NCBI RefSeq assembly: GCF_018350175.1
Contig: NC_058368.1
Coordinates: 30,134,001-30,194,000, forward strand
Direction of reading: 5' to 3'
DNA from: Felis catus
Taxonomy: Eukaryota
Length of the DNA: 60,000 bases
Shown one piece after another: positions 35,871 to 49,721 of this stretch. The notes under the pieces were generated by a model. It was not told where the DNA came from. It worked only from the letters and a program-made list of their open reading frames with translations, and did no database searches. Every line of letters begins with the position of its first letter. Within the stretch, counting starts at the first letter, position 1. The position numbers were made by a program, and so were the translations under genes.

Positions 35871-36289
35871 AAGAATACAGTGCCATGATTTTTCACAAAT
35901 GGGATATACCTGTGTAACCAGGGCCCAGCTCGAGAAAGAGAATGTGACCGGCCTTCCAGGAGCCCTTCATTGCTCCTCTCCACAGCTATTCCCACCCAAG
36001 GGTGTCCGCTTTCCTGATTCCTAACATCATAAATTACTTTTGACTGTTTCTGCATTTTCTGTCTATGGGATCATGTGTTACGTGCTGTTTTGTGATTCAC
36101 TTCTTTTACTCAGCCACGATTTTGACGTTCATGCCTGTTGCCACGTGTAGTTATGGAGAATGGATGCTATCCTGTATAGTATTGCGTTGTATGGATACAC
36201 CAATGTTCTTTATCTCTTTTACTGTTGATGGGCATTTGGATTGCCAATTTTGGTGGATTACATATAGCGCAGCTATGAATATTTTAACA

Positions 36290-38155
36290 CAAAATTCATG
36301 TCCATCTCACATGCAGAATATCTTTACTCTATCCCAACAGCTCCAAAAGTCTTTACCCATCACAGCATCCACTCTAAGTCCTAGGTGTCATTTAAACATC
36401 ATCTACATCAGGTGTGGGTGAGTCTTAAGATTGGATTCATCCCGAGGCAAAATTCCTTTGCAGCTGTGGACCTGTGACACCAGGCAAGTTAGGTGCTTCT
36501 AAAATAAATGGTGGGGGGCACCTGTGTGGCTCAGCCAGTTACATGTCCAGCTCTTGACTTCGGCTCAGGTCATGATCTCACTGTTCATGGGCTTGAGCTC
36601 TGTGATGACTGTGCAGAGCCTGCTTGGTATTCTCTTTCCCCCTCTCTCTGCCCTTCCCCTACTCTCTCTCTCTTTCTCTCTCAACATAAATAAACTTAAA
36701 AAAAAATAGTCAATAGGCATGAGATAGGCACATTTCCATTCTAAATGGGAAAAAATGGATAAAAAGAAAGAGATAATGAATCCCAAATAAGTCCAAAACC
36801 TACTAAGGCAAATTCCATTCGACCTTAAGGCTCCACAACAATCCTTCTGGGTCCCCTGGGTCAGCAGCATCCCCTCCACAGCCCACCAAGGCTCTGGGTA
36901 ACAGCCTTCTCCCTGAGGCACGAGGTGGCAGCAACCTGGCCCTCCAAAGCCAAGGAGAAGACAGCCTTGCCCTCTAGGCCTGGTGCCCTCTGAGCCTGTG
37001 GTGACAGGTCTGCCCATCTCTGAATCACCCTTGGGACCATTCATCCCTTGCCTTGAAGGACAATGCATGTTTACAGTCACATAGCTCCATTGTCCCCTCC
37101 TGTAAAATCCTAGGAGGCTGAAAGCCTTCCTTCATTTTGCTTGGAATCTGTCCCTTTTAGTCCAAGCTGGCAGTGTCTCTCCTGGTATAATCCCATCTCT
37201 GGTCCTGGCTTCCACTGAAGTGGCTGCTTAGATATGCAGATCATCTCTCAATACGGTGATTGTCCAGCCACGCCCTTGGTGGGCTCTTCAGCTTGTGCTT
37301 TCTCATTTTTTCAAATATGGATAGTCTGAGAATTTTCCAGATCTTCCATTTCTGACTCCATTTAATTAGCAATTCCTTACATTTACTTTAATTTACCTCT
37401 CTCCTATCACACTTTACTATAAGCAGTAAGGAGAAACCAGGCCACACCTTTGGTACTCTGCTTAGAAAACTCCTCAGCTAAATACCCAACTTCATCCCCT
37501 CAGGTTCTACTTTATGTAAAACACTAGAACACAATCCAACCAAGGTCTTTGCCACTTTATAACAAGGATCACCTTTTCTCCATTGCCCAGGAACATGTTC
37601 CTGATTTCTCTCTGGGACCTCACCAGACCTACCTTGAATGTCCACATTCCCACCGACAGTCTCCAGGCTTTTCCTAACTTGTGCCTCAAAACTTTTCCAG
37701 CCTTTACACAGCACCCAGTTCCAAAGCTACTTCCATACATTTGGGTAGCTCCCCCCTACACAGTATCCAAATCCATATTAGTCTGCCAGTGCTGCCATTA
37801 CAAATGCCACAGACTGGACGGCTTAAACAACCGAAATTTATTCTCTCACAGTTCTGGAGGCTGGAAGTCCAAAATCAAGGTCTAAGCAGAATTGTTTCTC
37901 CTGAGGTCTCTCTCCTTGGCTTTCAGATGGTTGCCTTCTCACCGTGTCTTCACATCGCCTTTCCTCTGTGCACGAGCATTCCTGGTGTCTCCTCCTCTCC
38001 TTCTAAGGACACTAGTCCCATTGGATTAGGCACCCACATTTATCACCTCATTTAACCTTAATTACCTCCTTAAAGGCCCTATTTCCAAATACAATCACAT
38101 TGAGGGTTAGGGCTTCAATATATGAATTTGCAGGAAAGCAATTCAGTCAACAACA
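36290..38155 (-). mobile_element. MaLR element: MLT1-type LTR (~37775-38155) plus internal sequence, with a nested SINEC (+, ~36515-36706)
   Basis: Reverse LTR motif aaatttattctctcacagttctggaggctggaagtccaaaatcaagg; adjacent MLT-int-like ccactttataacaaggatcacctttt. Confidence 0.8.
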
Positions 38156-38869
38156 GGGCTCAAGTCACATTCCCACCCCCCACCCCCGCCCATATGGGCA
38201 TCTAATGGATCCAGCAGCATTTATTGAACAAATAAATTCTTTCCTGCTGAATTTACAGTTTTGCAACTGTTATTAACCAAGTGACCATACATACGTGGGT
38301 CTGTTTCTGATGTCTCTCTCAAGTTCCATAGGTCAGTTTGTCTACTCTTGCATCATCACCACCCTGAACTTATAATAGGAGTTGACATACAGTCGAATAA
38401 GACCCCAGCTGTGTTCTCTAGATCACTCTGTTTATTTTTGGCTCTTTTCATTTCCATAAGAAGAATCAGTGAATTTTATCAAGTATTGGCTTGAATTTTG
38501 AGTTTGATTGCTCTGAATCTATAAGTCTTTAAAAAATGTCTCTTATTCAGTGGAGAAGTCTTGCACATATTTCTTTAGATTTAATTCTAGGAATCTGATG
38601 TTCTTTGATGCTATTGTAAAATATATCTCTTTACATTTTTCATTTTTGTAAGACATTTTTGTTAGATATATAACTTCAGGTTGGCAGCTATTTTCTCACA
38701 GCACTTACAAATGCAATTCTATTATCTTCTGGATGCCATCATTTTATTTTTGAAAAGTCGGCATCAGTTGTATTGTTGGCCCTTTGAAGGTAATATGTCA
38801 TATTTTATTTGACTGCTTTTCTCAGTTTTCTCTTTGTTTTTCAATGGTTTTACTATATGAGTTCATCTC

Positions 38870-40670
38870 CAAAGATGTGCCTCCAATGAATTGTGCCTCC
38901 AGTATTTTTGCCCTTTTATTAGTCCCTCCCCTTTAATCGAGGATCGCCCTGTGACTCACTCCTGACCGATAGATACATCATCTTTGACACTATTTGACTT
39001 CTGAAGCTGAGTCATAAGTCTTGCTGGTCACTTGACGTCTTGGAACACTCGCTTTTGGGATGCTCCCCATGAGAATCTCGCTGTCAGGAAGTACAACTAT
39101 GTAGAGACCACCAGGCCATAAACAGTTGAGCCACGTGGAGGGCCCTGAAAGATCCTGGAAGATAAATTTCCATTGGAAAGACAGAGAGAGAATGAGAGAA
39201 AGAGAAAGAACATTTGGGATGCCAGATATAAGAGTGAATAAGCCCTTGGAAATCTGACTCAGTCAAGCTTTCAGATGACTGCAGCCCTACCACCGTCTGA
39301 CTGCAAGTGTGTGAGAGACCTCAAGCAAGAATTGTATAGCTTTAGCTGGTCAATCCACAGAATTATGAGAGCTGAGAATAAATTATTTTAAGACATAGAT
39401 AAGTGCAAAAGAAGGTAACACTTAGATGTAGCATGTGGTTGAAACAAAACCTTTAAGTGTGTGGCATTAGCTTTGGGACCAGAATGCAGGAGGACACTAG
39501 AGGATCCTCATGGGAACTGTGATGCACTGGAAACGACAGTGAGGAGGCTATTACAAGAGGCTGAAGGAAAGGCAACCCATGTAATGAGTCAGAAAATATA
39601 GGAAACCGTTGCCTGAGGTAACATGGACAACAGAAAATGTACTTAATGAAATCATGAACCCGTGTAAGGAGATTTCCAGCAAGAATGTCGAAAGTGCTAA
39701 TTGGTTATTTTTAGTCATGTATGATGAGGTTTTATACAAGAGAAAGACAAAGAGAGAGATGCTAAGGAGAAACTTTTCTGGTTTCAAGGAGAAACTGGAG
39801 AAAATATAAAGGATCCAGGGATTACTGAGTGTAAAAATAAAGCTGTATCTTATTCCCTGCCTCCTCATTTTGCAAAAGCTCTTAATATAGGACCTGATCT
39901 CAGGATAAAGATTATCTCAAGGGTGCAGCTGTAAGATTATTAAGATTTCAGAAAATGTGTGTTACAGACTGTTAGAACGGGACAAAAATTTCCTGAGAAT
40001 CTTAAGGGTGTTGGTCCTCAGCACCCTGACTTTCAGCACAATACAGACGGGGGTCTCTCTCCAAAAGACCTGTGAGTGGGCCTTTTGTTTAGTGGAGTGG
40101 ATCCCACTGCTCTTTGTAGGAATCCCAGTGATCTTTGAGAGAATTATATTGATAGAGCATCATGATCTTGGACTAAAAGGGATGGAGGTAGTTCAAGATA
40201 TAAAGAACCTCTGGGTTTCTAACCTTATACGGGCGGGAAGCAGGCTGAGATAGTTACTTAGCTGCAAGTACAGGCCATTTCTTGTAGAAAAGGAAATTTT
40301 GAATTAATACCCAAGAAGGAGGAGACAAGATTGGTAGAACCAGGAGCCTAGGAAAACAACTCCTACAACTGAGCCCTAATCGAGGAACTGGCAACATATG
40401 CCCAAATGGATTTCAGAATTGCTTTGGACCAGTGGCTGCTATGTACTCTTGTCCCCTTATGTCTCCCACCCTGTCCCTCTGACTGTCACTTTCGAACGTC
40501 AGTGTCTATTGCAGTTATGGTACCTTGGCACTACTATTGTCTGCTGAGGGGGTGGGGGCAGACAATCTGAGTCTTTAGTTCACAGGTCATCGGTCACAAT
40601 GAGATGATGTTGGCCTTGGAGATTTGTGCTGGCCCAAGCTTACCTACATTTGGCCTGATTTCAATACTGC
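38870..40670 (+). mobile_element. MaLR element: MLT1F/H-like LTR (~38870-39400) plus internal fragment
   Basis: LTR motifs tttgacttctgaagctgagtcataag and tcagatgactgcagccc...gtgtgagagacctcaagcaagaa, followed by internal tgtggcattagctttgggacc. Confidence 0.7.
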
Positions 40671-41334
40671 AGTATGCTTGGCTTCTCGTACTGAGAAATT
40701 TAGAAATCAGCAAATATCTTAGGGGGAACGTGGCAAAATATTGGCTTCCTTCCTTATACCTGTCTTGTCCAAGATCCTGTTATGGCTGTTCCAATTGCTT
40801 TTGATACCAACAAGCAGACATTTTTGCATTTTATCCGTTTTATAAAAGTTCTTAGTAGGAAGGTTGGTCTGATGAAAGCTACTCTGTCATAGTCTGAGAA
40901 GTCCAAGTCTTTCATGAGGGTGTTGTTTGAGAATGTGGTTCATTCACACACCGCTATCGTTTAAAAGATGCCCCCAAAGAATTTCTCTCTAGCCTGAGCT
41001 CCAAGAAGAGGGCTTCTTCCAACCAGGATTTTTATCAAGCAAAGTGAACTATATAACTGATTGTGTTCCCGTCTTTGCATTTCTATCTTATTTCTAACAA
41101 ATATTTGGGGTTTTATTAGATACATTTTTTTTCTCTTGGGGAAGTGGGGGATGGCTTTACATTTGGCCTTGTTCTCATTACTCACTTACTGTATTTTTGT
41201 AGTCTTTAAAAAATCTATTTGGGAATAAGGTAATGTGTGAATTAAGAAATAATGATAAATTTTTCTAATTGGAAGTTGAGGAAGTCCATCGAAGCTTACA
41301 GAGGACTTACAGGATTTACAGAAGTTACAGAGGA

Positions 41335-41845
41335 ATTTTTTTTTCTTTTTTTATTATTGAAATGTAATTGACATACAAGGTTATGTTAGTTTCAGGTGTA
41401 CAAAATAGCAGTTTGACAATTCTATGCATTACTCAGTGCTCATCATAAGTGTGGTCATCATCTGTCACCATACAATGTTATTTTTAAATTTTGTTTGAAG
41501 TGTATTTATTTATTTTGGGAAAGAGAGAGAGAGAAAGAGAGAATGCATGTGCAAGTAGGGGAGGGGCAGAAAGAGGAGAGAGGGAATCCCAAGCATGTTC
41601 TGCAGTGCAGAGCCCATTTGGGGCTCGAACTCATGAACTGTGAGATCATGACCTGATCTGAAGTCGGGCCACTTAACCGACTGTGCCACCTGGCACCCCC
41701 ATACAACGTTATTTTTATAATATCATTGGCTATACTCCCTATTCTTTTAATCTCTGTGACTTACTTATTTTATAACTGGAAGTTTGTGCCTTTTAACCCC
41801 CTTATCTCTTTCCCCCATCCACCCCCTACCTCCCCTCTGGCCACA
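41335..41845 (-). mobile_element. L1MA-type 3' end with nested SINEC (~41483-41700)
   Basis: ttattgaaatgtaattgacatacaa...tttcaggtgtacaa; the SINE is flanked by atacaa(t/c)gttattttt. Confidence 0.85.
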
Positions 41846-43619
41846 GAGGACTCTTCTTACATATTAACTGATGTGTCTAAGTTGATGTTTTACCTAATCA
41901 TGAGCAATCTTTTAAACAAAATGAAGGTAACGTTGGTCAAATCTTTTGATTAACTTAAATACAAAATAATCATCTGTGGGAGGAGAATAAACTTGGATTT
42001 ATGGTAATAAATGATTCCTTCCCAGAAACCAAACGGTGCACTGATGCCCTGGAAAATGCTATTTAAATATCAGGGACAAACAATTCACTGACAGAGGGGA
42101 GGTTTATGGTATCCCGAGCACTCTACTGTTTAGGTTTTTTGACAGCCAGGCTGTGCTAGTTCAAATACAATAAACTGTAGTGTAAACAGAATGAGAACAA
42201 GGTATTATTTAATTCAGTTTATTTGTCTAGGGAATAGAGTCCTGGGCATAGTAGCTTACAAAGCATGTTAATTTGAAAATAGAATTTCATAGAATGTGTA
42301 TGTGATAGGTGTGAAATCGCAAAGTGTGCCAGCAATAATTCTCCTCATGCCTCCCTTCCATTTCCCTTCCTCATTTCCTTGACTCATCACGTATCACTCT
42401 GTTACTTATTCCAAATAAACAAGTCAGCAACCACCGTATTTCTATTGCTGAGTTACGGGCGGGGGCAAAAGTGAAATATTTAACAACCTTCTGGCATGGG
42501 TACCAATCAATCAGAAAAGCCATGGATCAGTCAGAACCGGTGGCTCAATCGGTCGGAACAGGGGCCGGCCATGAACGCCATTAACAAGACATGGCTGTAC
42601 TTAAGCAGAGCAGCTGAATCCCAACACTGGTTATGTCCGCCGTTTGTTTTTTGGTTTTGTTTGTTTTTGTTTTTGCTTTGCTTTTAATTTTAAGGGAAGA
42701 AGTAAGAAAGGAAGAAGCTGAAACTCCGTTCTCTTACCCCTATGGTCTGTTGCCTCGTAGATCACATTATTTATGGAACAGACTATATTTTTCTTCGTCT
42801 TAAAAGTTGCTTTTTTTTTTTTCTGTTGCAAGATGTTTAAAACAGACCATAGTGAAAGGCTTTTTCTTAGTACAATTTATTTCCTTTCAAGTTACAAAAG
42901 AACTTAGAAAACATCTCATCTTATCACACTCCTTGTTTTTTCTCAAAGGAAGTCTCCAGGGTAATGAAACATTTGGTGACTTTTGAGGAAGAGGAATAGA
43001 AGCAAGGAGATAATTTGGTTTTTTCTTTTATCATTTAAATTGAAACAAAGCATATGGTTGTATTAATGAAAGGAATGGGTCTTAGGCCGAAAGAAGAATA
43101 GGAGAATGCACCCATTGCAATGTAGAAAAATACTTCCCACTTAATGAGACAGTTTGCTTGAGGAAAATTTGAAATATTGAAAGGAAGAAAAGTAAGTCAA
43201 ATTATATTTTGGGGTGGTGGTGAGCTGGTTGGGTGGTGGGAAGGAAATGAAATCGAGTAATTTTTTATAGAATCAGGGTTTTATGGCTGGGAGGAAAATT
43301 GGATGCCCTCATGTCTTGTTCCCTCCTAGTTTACATAAAGAAATGGAGCTCCAGAGAGGTTAAGTGGCCTGCTTGGGATCACACATCTAGTTATTTACTG
43401 AGAAGAATGGAAAAGTAGAAAGAAAATCTAGCTCCTGAACCAATTAACTTTGTTTAGATTGCATGTACATGGTATTGACGTAACTGAGTTAATTCTAAAT
43501 TAAAACAAACACAAAAACCCCAGACACACGGGAATATTGCGCACCTCCTCCCGGACGCAAGGTGGTTTTAATTCCCCCCCTTCCTTTTTTGAATAATTGG
43601 TATACTTGTTTTTTTTCTT

Positions 43620-44065
43620 TTTAATATTTTTAAGTGTGATAAAATACACACTTATCATTTTTTTCCATTTTTAAGTACACAGCTCAGGAGTGTTAAGTAC
43701 ATTTGCACTGTTGTGCAACCATCCCCACCCTCCATCCACAGACTGTATCTTGCAAATCTGAAACTCTGTACCCCTTAAACGACAGCTCTCCCCCACTCCC
43801 CCAGCCCATGGCAACCACCGTTCTACTTTCTGTCTCCATGGGTTTGATTCCTCTGGATACCTTGTTTAAGTGAGGTCGTACATTCTTTGTCTTTTTGTGA
43901 CTGGCATATTTCACTTAGCATAATGTCCTCAAGGTTCACCCACACTGTAGCATGAGACAGGATTCACTTCCTTTTAAAGCTGAGTAGTATTCCGTTGTGT
44001 GTATATACTGCCTTTTATTTACCCATTCTTCCAGTGATAGACTCTTGCATTGCTTCTACCTATTT
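43620..44065 (-). mobile_element. L1MB-type 3' end
   Basis: ttaagtacatttgcactgttgtgcaaccatc...tttcacttagcataatgtcctcaaggttcacc. Confidence 0.85.
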
Positions 44066-44324
44066 TCTTTTTAATTAGCCATCTGGGGTGTGCACAGGCC
44101 CTTCCAAAGTGCGTGCTCAAGATAAGATTGGAACAATTACTATTCCATGTGTGACCCTAGTGTTACAGAGGAGTAGGCTGCATATTATTTTACCAATGTA
44201 ATGACATATGATACGTTTTCTTTGCAAACTCATAAGCTTTGGGGTGAGAAAAGAAACTCACAGCTGGCCTGGCGTATGATGTTTAGTTAAGGCCATAGAC
44301 ATTTCTTAACATGATAGAATTTAT

Positions 44325-44645
44325 GAAATTTGGAAATGGAAGGCATCTTGAAAGAGCTAAGTGTAGAACTTGAGCATTTGGGCTCTGGCATCAGGCACAC
44401 CTAGGTTAGGGCTCCCAGAGTTCTGTGACCTTGAGCAGATTATTTAAATTCTTAAATATAAAATGTGGTATGGACTTCATGGGCTTTACTAAGGATTAAG
44501 TGAGACAATGCAATTAAAGTGGTTAACATGGTTCGTTGTACAGAGTGAAGGCTCAATAAATTCTGGCCAATGGTCAAATCTTCTCACCCTGCAGATAAGG
44601 AAGCTGAGCCTTAGAGGGAAAAGTGACTTGCCTAAGATTACACAG
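44325..44645. mobile_element. MIR fragments (nested, opposite orientations)
   Basis: ctgtgaccttgagcagattatttaa (plus) and cagataaggaagctgagccttagagggaaaagtgacttgcctaag (minus). Confidence 0.65.
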
Positions 44646-46259
44646 ACAAAACCACAAAGGAGGCATTTGATTTCTATTTCAAAAAGAATGAGAGGGGTTT
44701 ATTTGTTCAAAATCAACTTTCTCTCATCGAAACTTTGCTAGTCATTTATGAATGTTTGCGGAAACTCATGCCAAGAAATAACGTGGTGAACACTCTTTTT
44801 CCCCACTTTTTGTTTATTTGTTCTATCATGTAGTCATTCAATGACTTCCTTCATGTACTAAATAAGTCGTTAAGTGCCTGTCACGTGACAACCGCTTAGG
44901 GGCCCTGGGGTCAGAACAACTTTGTGGAGGAGTTGGGCCAGTGTGATAAGTGTGCCAGGGGGGATAAACCTACAAAGAGCAGGGGAGCCTACAGGAGACT
45001 AACTTAGGCCTGCAGGGTCAGGAAGTATGGAGAACTGGAGACAGTATGTGGCCCAACTCCAGGTTGCCCTTTGTTTGCATAAAACTGAATATGCCTGGCC
45101 TCTGCCTTTTAACCAGGGGGCAGAATTGCCACATAAACAGCACCTGAGAATCTAACTGGAAAGTGCAGCATATGTACAATGGTAGGGAGCCAGTAGACAG
45201 AGTGATTGATTCTGCCTAGAGGGTTTGGGGAGAGGTGTGAAATAGGGTGAAGGGAGGGCTTAATGGCACATGGCTCCAGGTACTGGGGACACAGGCTATA
45301 CACAAGAGACAGGGGAAGGAGTGTGGGGGGAGATGAGCCTGCGGTGGGAATGTTCCAGACCTTTCCTGCTGATGAGTGTAAGGGGGTCATGTCAACACTT
45401 ACTGCCTGGATTCTGAGGGCTTTTTTATTGTTATCTAATCCTTCAGGTTATGCCTAAATTCTCTCTCAGGTATTTCTGGGCAAACTGCCACTTCCAACAG
45501 CAAGATATCTGTCTCCTGTGGACTCAGGATCAATGGCTTCAATTCTTCTGCTCTGGTGTCTTCATCTAGTCTCTTTGAGCTTGCCACTGCTGACTGTGCC
45601 CTCCTCCAGAATAGTCTCTGCCTAGCCAGGACACCTTGGCAGGTGGCCACCCTCAATTCTCAGGGTGCCACAGCTGTCCTATGATCTGCGACTGGGAATG
45701 GGGCAGTGTGGATAGCTTAGGCTCTCTTTTTTATTCTATTTTTCCATTCCATTCCATGTGAGTGTGCATGAGAGAGAGGGAGAGAGATACCCATAAGGCT
45801 ATATTTTTCAAGATCAGAATCTTACAGGCTCCTATGAACATAGTTCAGCTTATATCCCAAACTCAAAGGCCTAATTATCCACAAGGCCCAGAGGGGAGAT
45901 ATTTGCCATCCCTTTGTCTTCTCTGACTTTATCTTCTACTGTTACACAGGCCCATTATTATGCTTCATTTTCTTCCCCTTTCTTTTGTCAGTTAAAAAAA
46001 AATCCCTGAATACATATAAATTAATGAGAACAGGTACTTGATCAGAGGGTTACTTCCTAGTACCTATGCATCTGATTCTTAACTTTGGTCCATCCAGTAG
46101 CTTTTGAAGGTCTTTCATTGTCTAGCTGAGGAGCTCCTGGCATTTGAGAAATATTCAGGAAGGAGTTATTGAATTGAATGGGCTCTCCTGTAGGGAAGAA
46201 AGCCACTAAGGGTGGGTTTGTTTGTTTGTTTGTTTGTTGGAAGGTGAATGTTATGATCA

Positions 46260-46500
46260 GATCTGAGTCTTAGAGGAACTGTGAGTTTTAGGAGAAGAGA
46301 CCCGTGACCAGAAGACCGAGTAGAAAGCTGTAGCAGCTGTTGAGGTGATAGGGGCTTAAACAGGAAAGGGCCCATAGGGAAGAAATGATGGGGACAGAAC
46401 TGAAAAACAACAGAACTGAAAAAGACACATGAGATGTGGGAGAATGCAGAATAGATGATGACTCTGAGGTTTGTCTTGGAGATGGCGATGAGATGAACAT
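46260..46500 (-). mobile_element. L2 fragment
   Basis: GA-rich reverse L2 motif gatgatgactctgaggtttgtcttgg. Confidence 0.5.
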
Positions 46501-48154
46501 CAACTGACCCATTTTACATAGAGGTTAAGTGATTTGCCCAAGGCCAGTGAACATACTGATAACAGCATTCTGTGTCTTTATTGTGCTAAAAACTCCAGAC
46601 CAGAATAGTTTCTACTTCATTACCCCCATGGCCTTTTCCCATTACATAAAAAGTTCTTCGCACAGCACATACTCAAATAATTTTCTAAAATGTCATTAAA
46701 ATTAAGAAGATACTTAAAAGGACATATGAGAAGCCACATTCAACAAGTACAGAAATAAATTAGAGATGAGAAAATATTAAAATACCTGACCTGCGTGGGT
46801 ATCTGCATAATATTTAAAATGATCTCATCCATTTCGTCCTAGTGTTTGGTGTCCTAATCTGAAATATGAAAAATGTTCTCATAGAAAGGCAGGCGAACTG
46901 AAGGAGGATATCTTAATATACAGTGAAATATAAATTAAAAAGCTCTCTAAAGCTATTAGTAAAAGTACTGAAATACATTAGCAGGTGCATGGGTTCAACT
47001 TTGGATGAATGTTCTTTGAAATCGGATTCATCACCAAAATTAATCTGAGAGGCGTCAAATCTGTGCTAGGTTAAAGAGGTGAGAAATGGGAAGATTTCAT
47101 TGAAGTTCCAAATTGTAAAGGGATCAGAATTAATAATCCTCTGTCATGAGTAACCTGAGCACACAGGAGTTTAAGAATCTCATGTCTTGGAAAAGGTTGG
47201 GAAAGAAGACTGAAATGTTGCTGTGGAAAGGAGCAGTCCAGTCATCACTTGGATTGATTTGGTTTTAGAAATAACTTCAACTCAACCACAGATAACCACG
47301 AAGATAGGTGTCTGTGACTTTCATGTAAGCGGGGTTTATGCATTTCGACAGGCTGGTCAAATCATTCTCCCAGGATGGAGTAGGTACACTATTTTTCTCC
47401 CATATATTTAGTTCAGAGCTTCGTGGAGCTGCTGTACTTGAGAAACACTAATCTTCATCTGTCAGTGGTTTCTACTATGGACTCATGTCATGGAAATAAG
47501 CATAAAGAGAAGGGGGAGGTGGAGAATACTACAATATGAGAAATCTTTCTCTTCAAATACTTAAATATAACACATACTTTCTTAATCAGAAAGACATATC
47601 CCTTGGTCTGTTACGGGCGGGTTTCCATGGTCTGAATGACAGGTTCAGGTTTACCTATGAATGGGACTCATGTGCATTTCTGCACCATAATCTCAAAGGT
47701 TAGGGAGAGAGTCCCCTGGCACACTGAGTACACATGGATAGCAATGGGAAGGGATATGGCTGATGAGCCTTTGGAGCTGTGCTTATTATTACCCTTTCTA
47801 TGGAAAGCAAAGCCGCAGCTGATATTTGAGCCTGCTACCAACTTTGCTTCATGACTTCATGGGATGAGTGACTGTCGTAGCAGGTGGCTGCCTGAGGTTT
47901 AGCAGCTCTGGGATTGACATGTCTCCACTGAATCTGAACCTCTGAAGAGTGGAATAGCTGTAGGGAGGACTCAGAAACTTCAAGTCTTCAACTAAGCATT
48001 CAGTGCCTCTCCTGCTTGTGCCTGTGTCTCATTTTGATTGTGGTGCCAGAATTTCTTTTAGAGTCACTTGGTATATGGGTCCTTAGTTTTATACCCTATC
48101 CAAAGACGATGGCCTTTGGAGGCCGTTCTTTGGAGGATGGCTTCTAAATAGGTT

Positions 48155-48298
48155 GAAAGAGAAAGGAAGGAAGGAAGGAAGGAAGGAAGGAAGGAAGGAA
48201 GGAAGGAAGGAAGGAAAAGAAAATGAGAGAGAAAGAGAAAGGAAGGAAGGAAGGAAAAAAGAGAAAGAAAGAGAGAAAGAAAGAAAGAAGGAAAGAAA
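48155..48298 (+). repeat. (GGAA)n / GA-rich simple repeat
   Basis: Read directly; it explains the low-complexity ORFs at 48064-48461. Confidence 0.95.
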
Positions 48299-48379
48299 CC
48301 AGCTGTTAATACACCAGCTGTTAATTCTGCTGGCATTAAGCTCCCCCAAGAACTTTGCATGGTTGTCATTCCTTTCATT

Positions 48380-48600
48380 ATTCAGTTATCATCTCCTTCC
48401 ATCACCACCCAATTTAAAGTTACCAAATGAAAGTATTCACACAGTCACTGTTCATACATAGCATTGCTTGTTTCTCGGCCTCTTCCCCACGAAAACGTAA
48501 GCCACCGTGAGAGCAGGGATCTTATTCTTAATCTCTGTTATAACTCCAGTGCTTTTGACTCAGAGTAAATACTTGTTACGATATTTATTGAGTGAGGAAA
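48380..48600 (+). mobile_element. L2 3' fragment
   Basis: gtaagccaccgtgagagcagggatcttatt...tataactccagtgct...atatttattgagtga. Confidence 0.6.
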
Positions 48601-48719
48601 TCAACAGCTTCTAATTATGGTAAATCTTCAGTTCTTACATGACAGTGTTTGAATATGGCAGTGTTTTGTTATGATGGTGTTTGCATAATCAGTTTTCGAT
48701 CACTTTTAAGTCGTGGCAG

Positions 48720-49170
48720 TCACAGAGGTGGGTTACTTGGATGATGCTTTGAGAAGAGCCTGCCCTTGAGTTGAAGGCATGCCGTTAGCTGACTGGCTTC
48801 CATTGTTAGTGCCATTGGGGTCCTCCTCAGCTTTGTAGAGTGAGGCCAACTCTTCCTGCATAGGCATCCAGTCAAGGACTAAGTATGGTGGGAATACCAG
48901 GTCACGTCTACCGGGAAATCCTTGCTTTGGAGTTTCTGTGGGCCAAGACTTTGTCAGGACTGCACCGTGTTCTGAGGCTTTCCCTACCCAATCCTACTTC
49001 TTTTGCCCTTTACTTTCTCATAGGTCAGATCTGCATCACAGACTGAAAGCTTTCCCTGCCCCACCCAGCTTCCTTCCCTTTTTACCTTTCACAGGTGCAG
49101 TTTCCCAATTCAACGTCCCCCCATTCCTATCCTGTCCTATGATCTGCTTCTCAGAGGGTCCATGCTTTTG
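48720..49170 (+). mobile_element. ERVL LTR16-like solo LTR
   Basis: ctttccctgccccacccagcttccttccc...cctttcacaggtg...tctgcttctcagaggg, typical of the LTR16 3' half. Confidence 0.65.
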
Positions 49171-49519
49171 TTGGAATTCTTTCTAAAAATATTGGGAGCC
49201 ACTTTCTCATTTTAATGAACAAAAAAAAGGTTACTTGAAGTCTTTTTGTTGCCTAAAAGATCTCAAACAATCTTTGGGTGTTCATTGGGACATAAGGGAT
49301 TGTTTTTCAGTCAGAGACACATTTAACTGAAAAGAGGTTTAATTTAGCTATCATTTCGTAAGGATTACCACTTAGCAGGTTGGTTTATTTGGGGCCACAC
49401 AGGACTTCTGTACAACTGTTAGTTGGGACTTCCTTGGTTAACTAACAAGAACGGGGATGGGGAAACACCAAACATTTACTAAGAGCCTCTTTTGTGTCAG
49501 CCTGTTTTAAAGTTTTCCT

Positions 49520-49721
49520 CTTAATGTTTGTTTTTGGGAGAGGGAGAAAAAGGGAGAGCACATGTGGGAGAGGTGCAGAGAGAGGGGGACAGAGCATCTG
49601 GAGCAGGCTCCATCCACACTGACAGCAGAGAAGCTTATGTGGGGCTCAAATTCACGGAACCGTGAGATCATGACCTAAGCCAAAGTCTGATGCTTATCTG
49701 ACTGAGCCACCCAGGTGCCCC
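49520..49721 (-). mobile_element. Can-SINE (SINEC, diverged)
   Basis: Reverse body; imperfect TSD tgtg(t/c)cag(c/a)ctgttttaaa. Confidence 0.9.

Larger units (their letters stand above)
33865..38860 (-). mobile_element. Fragmented ancient L1M (L1ME-like) hosting many later insertions
   Basis: T-rich decayed L1 reverse-strand segments at about 33865-34020, 34350-35600, 35880-36290 and 38190-38860; boundaries approximate. Confidence 0.55.

Noticed and set aside
48064..48461. ORFs with KEGR/PSFL repeats
   Set aside because: Translation of a (GGAA)n microsatellite.
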